Assembly (NCBI GenBank): GCA_002719815.1
Contig: PBET01000024.1
Location: 3,393 to 67,392, forward strand
Source of the DNA: Methanobacteriota archaeon
GTDB lineage: Archaea; Thermoplasmatota; Poseidoniia; Poseidoniales; Poseidoniaceae
DNA: 64,000 nucleotides
Direction of reading: 5' to 3'
The position numbers were made by a program, and so were the translations under genes. Positions 9,898 to 21,400 of the stretch are shown one piece after another. The notes under the pieces are model-generated. The model saw only the letters and a list, made by a program, of their open reading frames with translations. It was not told the origin of the DNA and did not search any database. Within the stretch, counting starts at the first letter, position 1, and the number at the start of each line of letters is the position of its first letter.

Positions 9898-11778
9898 CTA
9901 GAATTTCTTTTTAGGACCACCAGGGAATAACCAGCGACTGGATTTTTCAGACGTTGCTTTGTCTTCGCTCTTCTCATATTTTTCCCTTCTAAAGAATATG
10001 AGCGATAGGAGGGCAATGATTGCTATTGCTGCAATCATGAGGTACATTGTGTTGGCATCGAGAGAGGATGCTTCTTCTGAGCGCGTGCCATCATTCGGGT
10101 ATGCATCCGTGTTATCCCCAACGCCATCGCCATCGGTATCGGTTGTTTCAGATGCATCATTTGGAAACGCATCAAGAGAATCCACTGTTCCATCGCCATC
10201 GGAATCTCTTTCGATTATTTCAATCGCATTCTCAACAACAATTGTTTCTCGGATACCGCCAATTTTCAGCAACGTTATTTGGAGATCGTACATCGACATT
10301 TCTGCGAATTCTGGTGCCTGAATCTCAACCTTCCATACACTATTTTCCGAGGCAGTGACTCTACCGCGTAAGTCTGATTCATCTTCCCAATCGCCTTGAG
10401 GTGCTGGACCCGCCACTGAGGCGAATGGAGCGATGTTGTAATCGATTGGTTGAGGCGTGTTTTTGTCGCTTCCTGAACCAATTCCTAATGGTCCATATTT
10501 ACCGCGACCCCAGCACGATACCGACCCGTTTTCATACAGACCACAGACATGGTCATAATTCACGCTCAAATCAACGATGTTTGTTGGCCCTTCAACGAAC
10601 ATTGGTGTAAGATAAATACCGCCAGTGACACCAATCCCAAGGCGGCCAAAGTGATTGTGCCCCCAACAGTATAGACTACTGTTTTCTAAGATAGCACACG
10701 AACTATGTGGGCCTACTGAAACCGATACTGCTGATGAACTGTCTGGCAATTGAGCATAGACTGGAATGAGTCGATTGGTGGTAGTATTCTCTCCAAGTTG
10801 ACCATAATTGTTCAAACCCCAGCAAGTGATTGAGCCGTTGTCAAGTAGAGCACATGAATGATGGTCTCCAACAGAAAGATCTGTCGCAGCGCGCCCTTCA
10901 GGTAACTCGACATTTGAAGACGGGGTATGAATCGTATCGCTCGTATCGCCATTTCCAAGTTGACCCACATTGTCACGGCCCCAGCACATAACGCCTCCAT
11001 CGTCAAGAAGTATACAGGTGTGTGTTGCTCCAGGCTCGACTTTCACAACTTTCCGATCCGATGGAGTCGTAATTGTTTGAGGCGTGTATTTGTCGCTTGT
11101 ATCCAAATTTCCGTTTCCTAAAGCTCCATATGAGTCAAGACCCCAGCAGGTCAAGTTGTCATCTTCTAAGATTGCACACGTGTGCTTAAGTCCCATACCG
11201 ATTGATTTCACACCCTTACCATCTGGAAATTGTACCTTCACGCTGGGAGATTTGTAGGTATTGGTTGAGTCATCACCGGCCTGCCCGTCTTCATTGAATC
11301 CCCAACAACTTGCAGAGTTGTCATCGAAAATGATGCACGTTCGCAATTGTCTCGCATAAATCTGGTCTACGCTTTGACCTTCAGCAATTGAAACGAACGA
11401 AGTAGGCTTATTCAAATTCGTTGCATCGCCACCATCGCCAAGTTGACCATAATTATCGAGCCCCCAACACATAGCTGAGCCATTTTCAAGGATTGCACAA
11501 CTATGCGAGTTTCCAGTGGCAAGTACAGATGAATGTGCTTTAGAAGCCATCGTATCCACTGAGACGAATTCATAACGAATTGTCGAGATACCAACATAAT
11601 CACTGAGATCAATGCTACATTCCATTGACTCGGCTTGGTTTACGTTAGCCTTCGGGCAATCTAATTCGAGTGATGTGCTTTCTTCAGCAATTGTTTGAAT
11701 AGGAACTAGAAGCAGAATTACAAGACAAATTCCTGCCTGAAGGTGAAGCAACCTGCCTCTCGACGGGGTTTTGACCAT
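9898..11778 (-). CDS. Secreted RCC1/BLIP-II repeat (beta-propeller) surface protein with thrombospondin-type-3-like Ca-binding repeats and C-terminal TM anchor
   Basis: Signal peptide; repeated CWG.N.YGQLG motifs (>=7); DSDGDGTVDSLDAFPND...DTDGDGVGDNTDAYPND; C-terminal hydrophobic helix plus basic tail. Confidence 0.7.
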   Translation of the reverse strand: MVKTPSRGRLLHLQAGICLVILLLVPIQTIAEESTSLELDCPKANVNQAESMECSIDLSDYVGISTIRYEFVSVDTMASKAHSSVLATGNSHSCAILENGSAMCWGLDNYGQLGDGGDATNLNKPTSFVSIAEGQSVDQIYARQLRTCIIFDDNSASCWGFNEDGQAGDDSTNTYKSPSVKVQFPDGKGVKSIGMGLKHTCAILEDDNLTCWGLDSYGALGNGNLDTSDKYTPQTITTPSDRKVVKVEPGATHTCILLDDGGVMCWGRDNVGQLGNGDTSDTIHTPSSNVELPEGRAATDLSVGDHHSCALLDNGSITCWGLNNYGQLGENTTTNRLIPVYAQLPDSSSAVSVSVGPHSSCAILENSSLYCWGHNHFGRLGIGVTGGIYLTPMFVEGPTNIVDLSVNYDHVCGLYENGSVSCWGRGKYGPLGIGSGSDKNTPQPIDYNIAPFASVAGPAPQGDWEDESDLRGRVTASENSVWKVEIQAPEFAEMSMYDLQITLLKIGGIRETIVVENAIEIIERDSDGDGTVDSLDAFPNDASETTDTDGDGVGDNTDAYPNDGTRSEEASSLDANTMYLMIAAIAIIALLSLIFFRREKYEKSEDKATSEKSSRWLFPGGPKKKF

Positions 11779-11842
11779 GGTACTACGTCACCCTTCTCCT
11801 TTATTGACTGATTTATTCTACTCAGTATCCATGACGTGCTTT

Positions 11843-12802
11843 TTACACTGAATCGGTAGCCTCAACCAATGCTTTTGCAATCGGAACTTCACCCATTGAA
11901 TGGCCTGCATCAGGAATCATATGAAGCGTCGATTTGGGAAGTTGTTTATGCAATTCCCATGCGCTTTTCGCAGGACAGACCATGTCATAGCGACCTTGTA
12001 CAATGATTGCAGGAATGTTTTCTATTGCCTCTGCATTGTTGAGAATGTAGGAATCTTCTACGAAAATTCCATTGATGAAATAATGGCATTCAATGCGAGC
12101 AAACGCTACTGCAAAATCAAGATCTTCCGCCTTTTCAAGGTATTCTGGGTCGGGGAACAGTCGACTTGTCGCCATCTCCCAACGCGTCCATTCCTTCGCC
12201 GCAGCACGGCGAACTTCAACGTCTTCACTCGTTAGGCGCTTGTAATAGGCAGGAATGAGCGCCGATTGCTCATCTACTGGAATGTGTTGCTGATACGGCT
12301 CAAAGGCATCTGGGAAAACATGACTTGCTCCTTCTTGGTAGAACCAGTGCAATTCAGATGTTCTGCACATGAAGATGCCTCGAAGAATGAACGATCGGAC
12401 GCGGCTAGGGTGAGTAATTCCGTAAATGAGCGAAAGCGTTGAACCCCATGAGCCTCCAAAGACATGCCACGTATCGATACCGAAGTGCATTCGTAATGCC
12501 TCGATATCGGAAACGAGGTGCATGGTTGTATTTTCTTCAAGATCTGCATAAGGCGTTGATTTTCCACAACCTCGTTGGTCGAACTGGATGATGTTCCACT
12601 TTTGTGGATCGAAATATTGTCGATACGATGGTTGGCTTCCTCCACCTGGGCCACCGTGGATGACAATGACTGGGGTGCCGTCAGGATTGCCTGCACATTC
12701 CCAAGCAATTGTGTGGCGATCTGATACTGCAAGCATGCCTGTTGAATACGGTTCAATTTTCGGGTAGAGTACGTCGTCAATCGATTGAGAGGTTAGGCTC
12801 AT
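11843..12802 (-). CDS. pip: Proline iminopeptidase (prolyl aminopeptidase, alpha/beta hydrolase)
   Basis: LYPKIEPY...GNPDGTPVIVIHGGPGGG and nucleophile elbow GGSWGSTLSL. The ORF extends to 12991, but the family-typical N-terminus starts at internal Met (ATG at 12800-12802). Confidence 0.8.
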   Translation of the reverse strand: MSLTSQSIDDVLYPKIEPYSTGMLAVSDRHTIAWECAGNPDGTPVIVIHGGPGGGSQPSYRQYFDPQKWNIIQFDQRGCGKSTPYADLEENTTMHLVSDIEALRMHFGIDTWHVFGGSWGSTLSLIYGITHPSRVRSFILRGIFMCRTSELHWFYQEGASHVFPDAFEPYQQHIPVDEQSALIPAYYKRLTSEDVEVRRAAAKEWTRWEMATSRLFPDPEYLEKAEDLDFAVAFARIECHYFINGIFVEDSYILNNAEAIENIPAIIVQGRYDMVCPAKSAWELHKQLPKSTLHMIPDAGHSMGEVPIAKALVEATDSV

Positions 12803-12818
12803 ACTACATCCGATACGA

Positions 12819-13499
12819 ATGGGGATGATGTTGCTTTCGATGCCTTTTTTCGACGGATGCCATCGTCGATACATGAAGCAGGCAACAGACGTCTTCAACG
12901 ATTGGGCACACCGAGGCAAAGACGAGGGTATGGAACGTGGACACAGTCCTGCTGTCAATGAAATGTTGGAGGTTGCTTTCCAACGAGTCAATCAAGGAAA
13001 TCAACCCTTTTCATTCGCTGATTTAGGATGTGGAAATGGCTGGGTTGTACGATTGGTTGGTGGGCATGAGAACTGCATGCGAGCTGATGGTTTTGATGGT
13101 GCACCGCACATGATTGAGAAGGCAAACAACATTGATTCGAAACATGGTTATCATCTTGCTCTGTTTCCTGATACACAACCTCCTCAACAATACGATTTCA
13201 TTCATTCAATGGAATTCATTTACTACCTTCATGAACCTCAACAGATGCTACAATCAATTCACGACGATTGGTTGGCCGATGGAGGTTGGGCTGTAATTGG
13301 AATCGATCATTATGCGGAACATGAGGAAAGTCTTGGTTGGCCAGAAGCCCTCGATGTACATATGTCGACATTTACAGAGCAGGAATGGATTGCAATGTGG
13401 AATGACGTTGGATTTACTGAAATTCATGCGTGGAGAGCAAACCAATCCGAAGGAAAACCAGGAACACTCGCCATCATTGGGAAGAAAAATCAGAATTGA
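12819..13499 (+). CDS. Class I SAM-dependent methyltransferase
   Basis: Motif I FADLGCGNGWVV; divergent from pip; true start may be an internal Met. Confidence 0.6.
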   Translation: MGMMLLSMPFFDGCHRRYMKQATDVFNDWAHRGKDEGMERGHSPAVNEMLEVAFQRVNQGNQPFSFADLGCGNGWVVRLVGGHENCMRADGFDGAPHMIEKANNIDSKHGYHLALFPDTQPPQQYDFIHSMEFIYYLHEPQQMLQSIHDDWLADGGWAVIGIDHYAEHEESLGWPEALDVHMSTFTEQEWIAMWNDVGFTEIHAWRANQSEGKPGTLAIIGKKNQN

Positions 13500-16400
13500 T
13501 CCCCAACTCAAGGCCCTGTGGTGCACACATTCGTACATCGCCATTGAAAAATGGACACTTTTTGCAGATATCAATCGCTTCCATTGGTAAGCGCTTCGGT
13601 TCGGTAACACCGTTTGAATCTGCAGTAAGGGTTGCCATCCAATGCAGGAGATTCATCAGTTCTTCTTCTGCTTCTTTGCACATCTTATCCGGCATTTGAA
13701 CAAGACGTCCCGTCGTGGCGATCAAGAGTGCTGGTGGCCGAATATCTCGTCTCTTTTCAATGGGTTTTCGTTCTTCTTGCTCACGCAAAACCAATGAATA
13801 AAGCATCAGTTGCAAACGATGATTTCGTAGCATCTGAACCTCCGCTTGGTTTTGTGGTTCAAACGAGAGCGGTTCATTCAGCGTCTCGTACAACGGGTGC
13901 AGTTCGAGTTCTTCCTCTCGCGCACCTGTTGTTTTCAAATCAATAACCTGCAACCAAGCCTGTTGATCTTCACATCCTGCAACCACAAGATCTGCCTGCC
14001 CTTCAAAGAGAACATTGACCGCATCAATCACTGTTCGAAATGACTGGTCAAGTTCTGTGAGTGGTGTTCTCAAACGACCTTTCAGGTCGATTTGTTGATT
14101 GAAAGAAAACGACAACTCCGTTCGCAACCCTTCGATTTCATGGCCATGAATCGCTTGACCTTCGACCATTTTTCCTAAAGCTCCATTTGATAGTCGTTTG
14201 GCCAAATCAATGATTCGTTGCCTCGTTTGCTTCTGTTCATCGCTGGACAATCGATGCCACTCGGGTTGTGATTGCGTTGCATCATCGATTTCCTTATCCG
14301 ATAACAGGTGGTTTTGTTGAGCATTCAACCAAACTTGTCCTAATTCAAAGCCTGTTGTCTTCATTTCTGCTGGATTTGCAATTCCAATTTCAACGAGTCT
14401 GTGGAACATCGATCCAAAGGCAGTTGCCGATGGCCAGCCGACAGAATTAGCCGTTACATCTTCCCCATCGGACCGATCTTTAGTATCCTCCTCACTCGAT
14501 TCGAACTTCGTTTCTTGATGGAGTTTGAAAGGCTCAGATTGCCAGCCTCGTACATGCGACAACCAATAGCGTCGTCGGCAGGAATGGGCCGTATCTAAGC
14601 CATGGGCTGTCATCTTTAACGTCGGGGTTTGATAAACAACGGCTTGTTCAATCTCACTGTCATCTGTCGCTTGTTCAACGAGTTGTTCCATGTTCAGCCA
14701 GTTGGAAAGTACGGAAGTTGGTGATTGTTCGGCAAAGCAATCAGGATGGTGATACATACGCAAGCTCTGTAGCGAATCTTGCATAAATCCACTCGACGTA
14801 TACAACGCATAGGGATCAAACTTCAACGTCTGCTCGCCATATTCTGCTAAACGTTCTCCTTGAACATCGTTGGTAAGACTCCAAGGCTGTTCATCGCCTG
14901 ATGCCAATCCCATGTATCGGAAACCTTCAAGCATCAAATCGCCCATGTTGTTCCCTTTTGCATTCACCTTCATCTCAACCATTGCATCATCACTCAACAA
15001 GCAAGGAGCATTTGGCGAGCCAACGAAGATCAAGCGATCTTTCACCCTGGTAAGTGCAACATAGAATTGACGACGCAATTCAGCTTGATTTTGTGCCTTG
15101 TTCATTTGTTCAGCCAACATCCACAAGGCATCTTCAGGCTTCTCTTTCGACTTCCATGGCTGAATACGGCCTGCAATTACATCTGGTGTAATCAAGACAT
15201 TGTTCTGAGCTTCAATGCTTGAACTGCGACGTCCTGCTTCAAACAATCCTGTGACGATCACAACCGGCGCTTGGAGACCTTTTGCCCCATGAATTGTCAT
15301 GATCTGAATCGCGCCACTTGTTGGTAAAGAACGGGCTTGGGGACCTTTGTTCCCAAGTGTTCCGAACGCCTTCATCTGATCAAGGATCGAGGCGGGTTCG
15401 TGTCCTGATTCACCACCTAATTTTTGCAACATTGCGTACCATGTTTCAGCAACTTGTCGTTCAGATTCATCTGGGAATGCGATGAGGAGATCGCTGTAAT
15501 CCAAGACAGCATCAAAGATTTCGTACATGGCGCCAGAATGTACCAAACGAGCGCATGCTTCCATGAGTGGCCCTTGAGGTTCGCCATCAAAATAGTCGGA
15601 AAAGAAGTGCCAATAATTGTCCACATCCTTCGTTTGGAAAATCTCCTCAATCTGTATGGATGATGCCCCAATAATTGAGGAACGAAGGACGGAATGGGCG
15701 GCATGTCTTGACCCTGGTCGTGCGAGAAGTTCCAACATAGCCATCAACGGTTGAACGACGGGTTGCTTGAGCAACTCACCTTGTTTATCAGCCATAACCG
15801 GCAATCCACGAGCTTGGAGTCGTGCGATTAAGTCGGGAATGTGCTTTCGTGAGTGGACGAGAATCATCACATCTTCAGGCAGAATTGGCTCTTCTGGTTC
15901 TACTTCAACAAAATCTTCCGCTTCTGTTGACCATATCCGAGTTGGTGAGCCTCGAACCAAGGCATCCAATCGAGAAGCGATAAGTTCATGTTCCAAATGA
16001 CGGAGATTTGCATTTCCTGCATCGAACAAGTTGTACCCTTGTGTAAGGCCAAGTGGTAGTTCCTCGGTATCGTTTTGAGTCGGAAGAAGCCACTCGATTG
16101 TCCCTATGCGTTCCGTATCTCGTCCAGATTCTAAGGGCTGAGCAGTTGCATGGAAATCGCCTGGGAATTGGTGATGCCGATGATTAAACGTGTCATCAAA
16201 CATATTGTTGAGCGTTTGAAGTAGGCCAGGTGCTGTTCGGAAATTCGTTCTCAGTTGAATATGGCCTTCGGCTCGTTCAACGATTGTATCATCATCGATG
16301 GCGAGACCTGCGTCGTCAATTCCATAGGAAACGTAGTCGTACGGAGCTGATTTCTCATCTCGGGAATAATCAGCGGCGGAGATGAATGAACCAGATTCAC

Positions 16401-18447
16401 CACCTGCGCCGACGGGCCGAGGATCTCGGCCGTGCCCTTCTTGAGTAAAAGTCTCCATCCGTTTCTCATTAGCCTCGATCTGGTTCGCTACACGAATGGA
16501 TGCAACCATTCGACGCATAACCGTAACCTCAGCCTGACGGAATCGGTAGATGCTTTGCTTCATATCACCAACAATGCAGATGGTTGGGTCCCAGGGACCT
16601 GCTGGTTCAGGGTGTTCTTCGGAAATGCCCTCTCTTCGCCCCCAAAGTCGCGAAAGGAGACGAGCATGTTCTGGATTCGTATCCTGATACTCGTCGATAA
16701 TGAAGGCTCGATATCGTGCACGAATTTGCTTTAATAGCGCAAATCTTCGTTGAAGATCAACGTATTTCTCTTCATCACGTTGCATAATGGTCAGTGCTCT
16801 TCGAATATGTTCATCCGACCATGGCTCATCACCAAGGTCATCCAATGCCTGGACAGCCTCGGGCGGATACCAATGACGAACGATGGCTGGACAGCGAACA
16901 AGGAGTAAATCGCCGACCATGACTTGAACATCGTCAAAATCATGCGCTTCTTCTTGTGCCTTCAAGTGACGAAGTAAATCCTGACAGCCTGAATGAACTG
17001 TATACAAATCGTTCAGAACTTCAACCTGAAGGTCACTAGAAACCCTCTGCATACCAGATGGTGGTTCGGTACCCAACGAAACGCCCAGTGGATGGCGGTC
17101 GTATTTTTCATTCGCATCTCGATGGACAAAAGGCCGTACAGGATTGAGGCAGTAGGCAACTTTTGCAAGCATCAACACCAGACGCCCATCACTTGGGTCA
17201 TGAATCCGGTTTTGCAAACGAGTTGCAGCCTTGGAAGCATCTTTCATGAGTTGTTCCTTGGTTGCCTCCTCAGATTTACGCTTGAAGACTGATGACCACG
17301 TCATCAAGCCTGAAGGCCAGTCTGCTAGCGTATTTGCTCGGGGGAAGTGCCCGTCCTTGAGAATGGTTGGTGCTGGCTCCTTCAACTGTGCATGCGATGC
17401 GGCCGCTGCAACCACCTGGTACAACCACTGAAGTTGTTCTATCGGAGTTGTAGGCAGTGCTTCCCGTGCCAAATGAGCGAGTTGATTGAAACGAGTATTT
17501 GTTGTAGCAACTTGCGCTGGAGCGACAATCACAGAATGATGTTCGAGGAAAACATCAACCCATTCGTTAAGGAATGCATGTACATCTTGAACGACCGGAG
17601 TGATAAGGTGGTGACACTCCTGTAAAATCATGTCCTCAATAAGTCGGTAATCTGGAGGTGTGTCACCATCCCATGGTAAACCAGTTCGAATCGAACGTGA
17701 GCGAAGCCGTCGCTTAGATTCCTCGACAAATAGCGACGATTCTAGCAATCCTTCCAATGCCGTTTGTGCACTTGCTTGACCTCCAAGCCGGATTGCGAGA
17801 CGATTGCGGGCAGCGATGAAAGCATCAGCTGATTGAAGCATGCCCGCTTCGATTGCATCGCGAGCATTTCGTATACGCCAAGCCGCATTCAATGCTTGAC
17901 TTCTCAAAAGAGGGGCTTTTTCTTCAGGAAGTTGTTCTCGACTGACGTGGATTGCTACGAGATCGATATGCGGTGAGAGAATTTCCGACAGGAACGCATC
18001 GATGGTCGATATTGGTGATGATTCAAGCAACGACATCAGCATCGAAACATCGCCTTGGTGACGCAGACGTGGGTCATGCATCCCCATTCGGTCATCGTCT
18101 TTTACAGGATGAGCACGAAGCGATTGAATCCTTTGTCGAATTCTTGACCGCAGTTCAGATGCCGCCTTTCGAGTGAAGGTAATCGCGACGATTTCTTGTG
18201 GCAACAGTCCTTTCCATTCATTCAATGGAGTGCGATCTTTCTTTGCTGCGAGAACGTGGCCTGCACCATACTGTTCCAACCGAATTGGTGGCGGCAAAAC
18301 ATGCGTAGCTCGTTGCTCTGCTGAAAGAAGATGCTGAACATATCGTTCAGCCATAACGGTGGTTTTACCTGTTCCAGCACCAGCATCCAATGCGATGTGT
18401 TGATCGAGATTAAGACCCAGTCGCTGACTTCTGTTGAAGGAAATCAC
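13474..18447 (-). CDS. addA: AddA-like UvrD-family helicase with C-terminal 4-Cys PD-(D/E)XK nuclease domain (1657 aa)
   Basis: Helicase motifs I AGAGTGKTT, Ia FTRKAASELRSRI, II IDEYQDTN, III GDMKQSIYRFRQA, IV NFRTAPG, V TIHGAKGLQAPVVIV, VI YVALTRVKDRLIFV. C-terminal nuclease VIDLKTTG and Cys ligands ...HSCRRRY... CKKCPFFNGDVRMC. GTG start overlaps stop of upstream addB-like (GTGA). Confidence 0.75.
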   Translation of the reverse strand: MISFNRSQRLGLNLDQHIALDAGAGTGKTTVMAERYVQHLLSAEQRATHVLPPPIRLEQYGAGHVLAAKKDRTPLNEWKGLLPQEIVAITFTRKAASELRSRIRQRIQSLRAHPVKDDDRMGMHDPRLRHQGDVSMLMSLLESSPISTIDAFLSEILSPHIDLVAIHVSREQLPEEKAPLLRSQALNAAWRIRNARDAIEAGMLQSADAFIAARNRLAIRLGGQASAQTALEGLLESSLFVEESKRRLRSRSIRTGLPWDGDTPPDYRLIEDMILQECHHLITPVVQDVHAFLNEWVDVFLEHHSVIVAPAQVATTNTRFNQLAHLAREALPTTPIEQLQWLYQVVAAAASHAQLKEPAPTILKDGHFPRANTLADWPSGLMTWSSVFKRKSEEATKEQLMKDASKAATRLQNRIHDPSDGRLVLMLAKVAYCLNPVRPFVHRDANEKYDRHPLGVSLGTEPPSGMQRVSSDLQVEVLNDLYTVHSGCQDLLRHLKAQEEAHDFDDVQVMVGDLLLVRCPAIVRHWYPPEAVQALDDLGDEPWSDEHIRRALTIMQRDEEKYVDLQRRFALLKQIRARYRAFIIDEYQDTNPEHARLLSRLWGRREGISEEHPEPAGPWDPTICIVGDMKQSIYRFRQAEVTVMRRMVASIRVANQIEANEKRMETFTQEGHGRDPRPVGAGGESGSFISAADYSRDEKSAPYDYVSYGIDDAGLAIDDDTIVERAEGHIQLRTNFRTAPGLLQTLNNMFDDTFNHRHHQFPGDFHATAQPLESGRDTERIGTIEWLLPTQNDTEELPLGLTQGYNLFDAGNANLRHLEHELIASRLDALVRGSPTRIWSTEAEDFVEVEPEEPILPEDVMILVHSRKHIPDLIARLQARGLPVMADKQGELLKQPVVQPLMAMLELLARPGSRHAAHSVLRSSIIGASSIQIEEIFQTKDVDNYWHFFSDYFDGEPQGPLMEACARLVHSGAMYEIFDAVLDYSDLLIAFPDESERQVAETWYAMLQKLGGESGHEPASILDQMKAFGTLGNKGPQARSLPTSGAIQIMTIHGAKGLQAPVVIVTGLFEAGRRSSSIEAQNNVLITPDVIAGRIQPWKSKEKPEDALWMLAEQMNKAQNQAELRRQFYVALTRVKDRLIFVGSPNAPCLLSDDAMVEMKVNAKGNNMGDLMLEGFRYMGLASGDEQPWSLTNDVQGERLAEYGEQTLKFDPYALYTSSGFMQDSLQSLRMYHHPDCFAEQSPTSVLSNWLNMEQLVEQATDDSEIEQAVVYQTPTLKMTAHGLDTAHSCRRRYWLSHVRGWQSEPFKLHQETKFESSEEDTKDRSDGEDVTANSVGWPSATAFGSMFHRLVEIGIANPAEMKTTGFELGQVWLNAQQNHLLSDKEIDDATQSQPEWHRLSSDEQKQTRQRIIDLAKRLSNGALGKMVEGQAIHGHEIEGLRTELSFSFNQQIDLKGRLRTPLTELDQSFRTVIDAVNVLFEGQADLVVAGCEDQQAWLQVIDLKTTGAREEELELHPLYETLNEPLSFEPQNQAEVQMLRNHRLQLMLYSLVLREQEERKPIEKRRDIRPPALLIATTGRLVQMPDKMCKEAEEELMNLLHWMATLTADSNGVTEPKRLPMEAIDICKKCPFFNGDVRMCAPQGLELGINSDFSSQ

Positions 18448-21400
18448 TTTGTTTCACCTCCAATGGATGCAGAAGAGCACGCACTTGCGAGTGAACAATA
18501 CTTGCAGTGATCTCCTGGTGCAGGATGATTCCAGCCGAGTTCACTTGCATCCTGTGCCCGGATTGCGGCAGTAATTCTTGAACTCATCCACGCCCGGAAA
18601 CTGTTACTCTCCGGTGTTGTTCCTTCAGTTGGTATACGGAAATGATTTCCAGAGTAAAACGTTCGAGTTCCGATGGTTCGGCTTTCCTCAAGAAAAGCAA
18701 AACTCGGATCGAGTTCAAGGAGATGTTCCGTATCATCGCCCACTTCTGAGATACCAACGCCAATGACGCGATCGCCTGGATGTGCTAATTCCCAAGCACG
18801 AGCATAGAGTGCTAATTGAATCTCCTTGAAGAGGCCCGCGACATGTCGAATGCCATCTTCACCAGGTTTTGGTCCTTCGATGGTTTTGAGGTCTCGAATG
18901 ATGATGAAGCGCTTCGCAGGAGGTCCACTTCCATCAAAGAAAAGTGGCATCCCTTCTGCGCTCTCATCATAGAGCCCACGCTCGGTTAGTCGTTCAAGGA
19001 GCGATTCATCGAGAACAAGGTGATCAACGCGATCAATTCGCCCACGTAACTTGATGCATGAGGTTTCAAATTGATCATCAAACCCTTCGATTTCTACACT
19101 CAACTCCGTTCCATGTTGCAACGCCCATTCACTGGCAATTGGTGCTGCTGAGGTCAGGTTGAGATCTGCTAAAAGTAGACGTCCGAGTCGCCCTCCAATC
19201 GGAAGCGTTCCGTTGCCTTCAAGCCAATCGTTCCAATCTTCAGGCGAGCAGCCAATCAAATCATTGCAGCGATGAACGGAAACTGCATTTGTTCTCGATA
19301 ACCAGGGAGCGATTTCAGACAAATGCCAGAGCAAACTTTCCCATATTTCTTGGTTTGATAGTGAAGTTCCTTGATGCATTGGCGTACCTTCGGCCAGTGG
19401 CGTCCCTCCTACTTCAATTCCAAGAAGTGTCATGAGATGTTCCTCAATGGCATGAACCAACGTTCCTTTTGTGAGTGGCGCAATGTCTTCAGAGGGCTCG
19501 GGAGTGTTGTCCGTGGCATCGAGTGTCTGTTCAGACCATGCTTGTCGGGGGCAAGTCAGCCAAGGTGTTAATCGGCTTGTTGACCATGTCTTTGATTCCG
19601 TTTCGATCGGTTGACTGGAAAGAATTTCGTTCAGGCTTGGTGAACCATACGTAGGCGGAGGAAGCGGACGAGGGTCGAGTGAAGGCCCCCTCGAATTGCC
19701 ATTCTTCTTGTATCCGAGATGCGGATAGGATGCTGAGGTTCGACCACCACTCACCTCGGCTTGAGAGACCGTGGGTTCGATGACAAGGCCCGTTGTTGTG
19801 AGCAAGCTCTCCCGTATCTCCCATGGCAGAATGCTTCCATTTGCAAGTGGCTTGAATTTTGGTTGGCGACGATAGCGATCGAGATGCACATCGCGTTCAA
19901 ATCGATTCGCTATGGTATTCGCTGACTGAATCGTTCCACTCGGAGTCCGCAACGCTTTCAATTCAAGACCAGTCTGTTGTTGCAGATCTCGTTGCATGTT
20001 CTCTGCTCGTTCAAGTTCCACTTCACCACCGTTCACAGATAATGAAGAAGTTCGATATGTCAGCCAATTTCCTGTTTCTCGAGTCACAATTGACCATCCA
20101 GCACCATCAGAAACTTCTTCCTGCAGGAACGCTGGAATGGCCGCAAGATTCCGTAAATCACCTTGCAGTTCAACGCCTGAAAGGTACTCGACAACCGGTG
20201 TCGAATTACCCGCAGATTCATCATGTTCGGTATCGAAGAGGATCACTTGTTGGCTTGAATTTAGCACAGATTTGAAGAGATGACGCGCCTGACGAACGGG
20301 TAAGTCTCCATCATTCAAGCCTAATTCGACTCGAACAGAATCGTCAATCCAAGGCACTCGCTCAGGCTTCATCGACCATGACTCAGCATCAATTCCAACG
20401 AAGAGAGTGAGGTCCGATGCTACCCCAAACGCTTGCTTTGGTGTACAGATATGTACATCGAAATGACGAACTCGATTCATAGGTAGTTTGGTTTGATCGG
20501 CTGCTAACCGACAAAAATCAATGAATGGAAGACTCGACTGATATTGGAGCAAACCATCAACGGATCGGACCCATGATTGCACGGCACCTACGGAGGCATC
20601 GTAATGCCGTGTACGTTCAAACAACGCCTCCCAGTCACATGCATGTAAAATTGTGCTGAGTACGTCTCGTGGCGTTTTACTTGGCTCGGGCAAGGGTAGA
20701 GAAATGTTTGATGACGCGCCAACGAATGGATTCGCAAGGAAGTTTTTCTCGGTTTCATCGAGTAACGCAGTCCATGATGTTGCAAGGCATTGCAACCACC
20801 ACTGCGTCTCCTCAATCGCTCGCAATTCTTCCTCACGACGATAGGCTTCAACAGCATATGGTTTTGCAACAGCTAAAGAGCCAAGCCACCGTTGGAGCGC
20901 TCCTTTTCCGCCAAGAACGTGGAAACTGCGGCCGATGTTTTCAATCACGTCCAAGTGTGGCCTTGGCCGCCAATCCTTCTTTTCTGGATGGGTCAAATCG
21001 GAAAACAATTTGCCAATAATCGGGAACGCCTTTGACTGGGCGATATCGAACAGTTTAGCTGTTGACCATGCATCTTGGCCATTGGGAATTGACAGAAATC
21101 GAAGTATTGCTTGTATAGCAGAGGTACTTCCAACTGAATCTGCTTGAGTATCGCATGTAATTCCAATGCGCTGCAGACGGCGAATCCATTCCTTGTGGCG
21201 GCCCTTGTCGGCATCGATGAGAAGAATACGTCCTTGTTCATGCTTGTTGAAATGATTGATGACTGAAATTGCGGCATCTGGAATCTGCGAGGCTCGGTCG
21301 AAACTCAGTAAGTGGATTCCTTCTGTCGCGTAATCAGCGTTACCGGATGCTGGAGGCAGAACGGTATGACGTGGGACCCATTCTGGCAGTTGGTCATCGC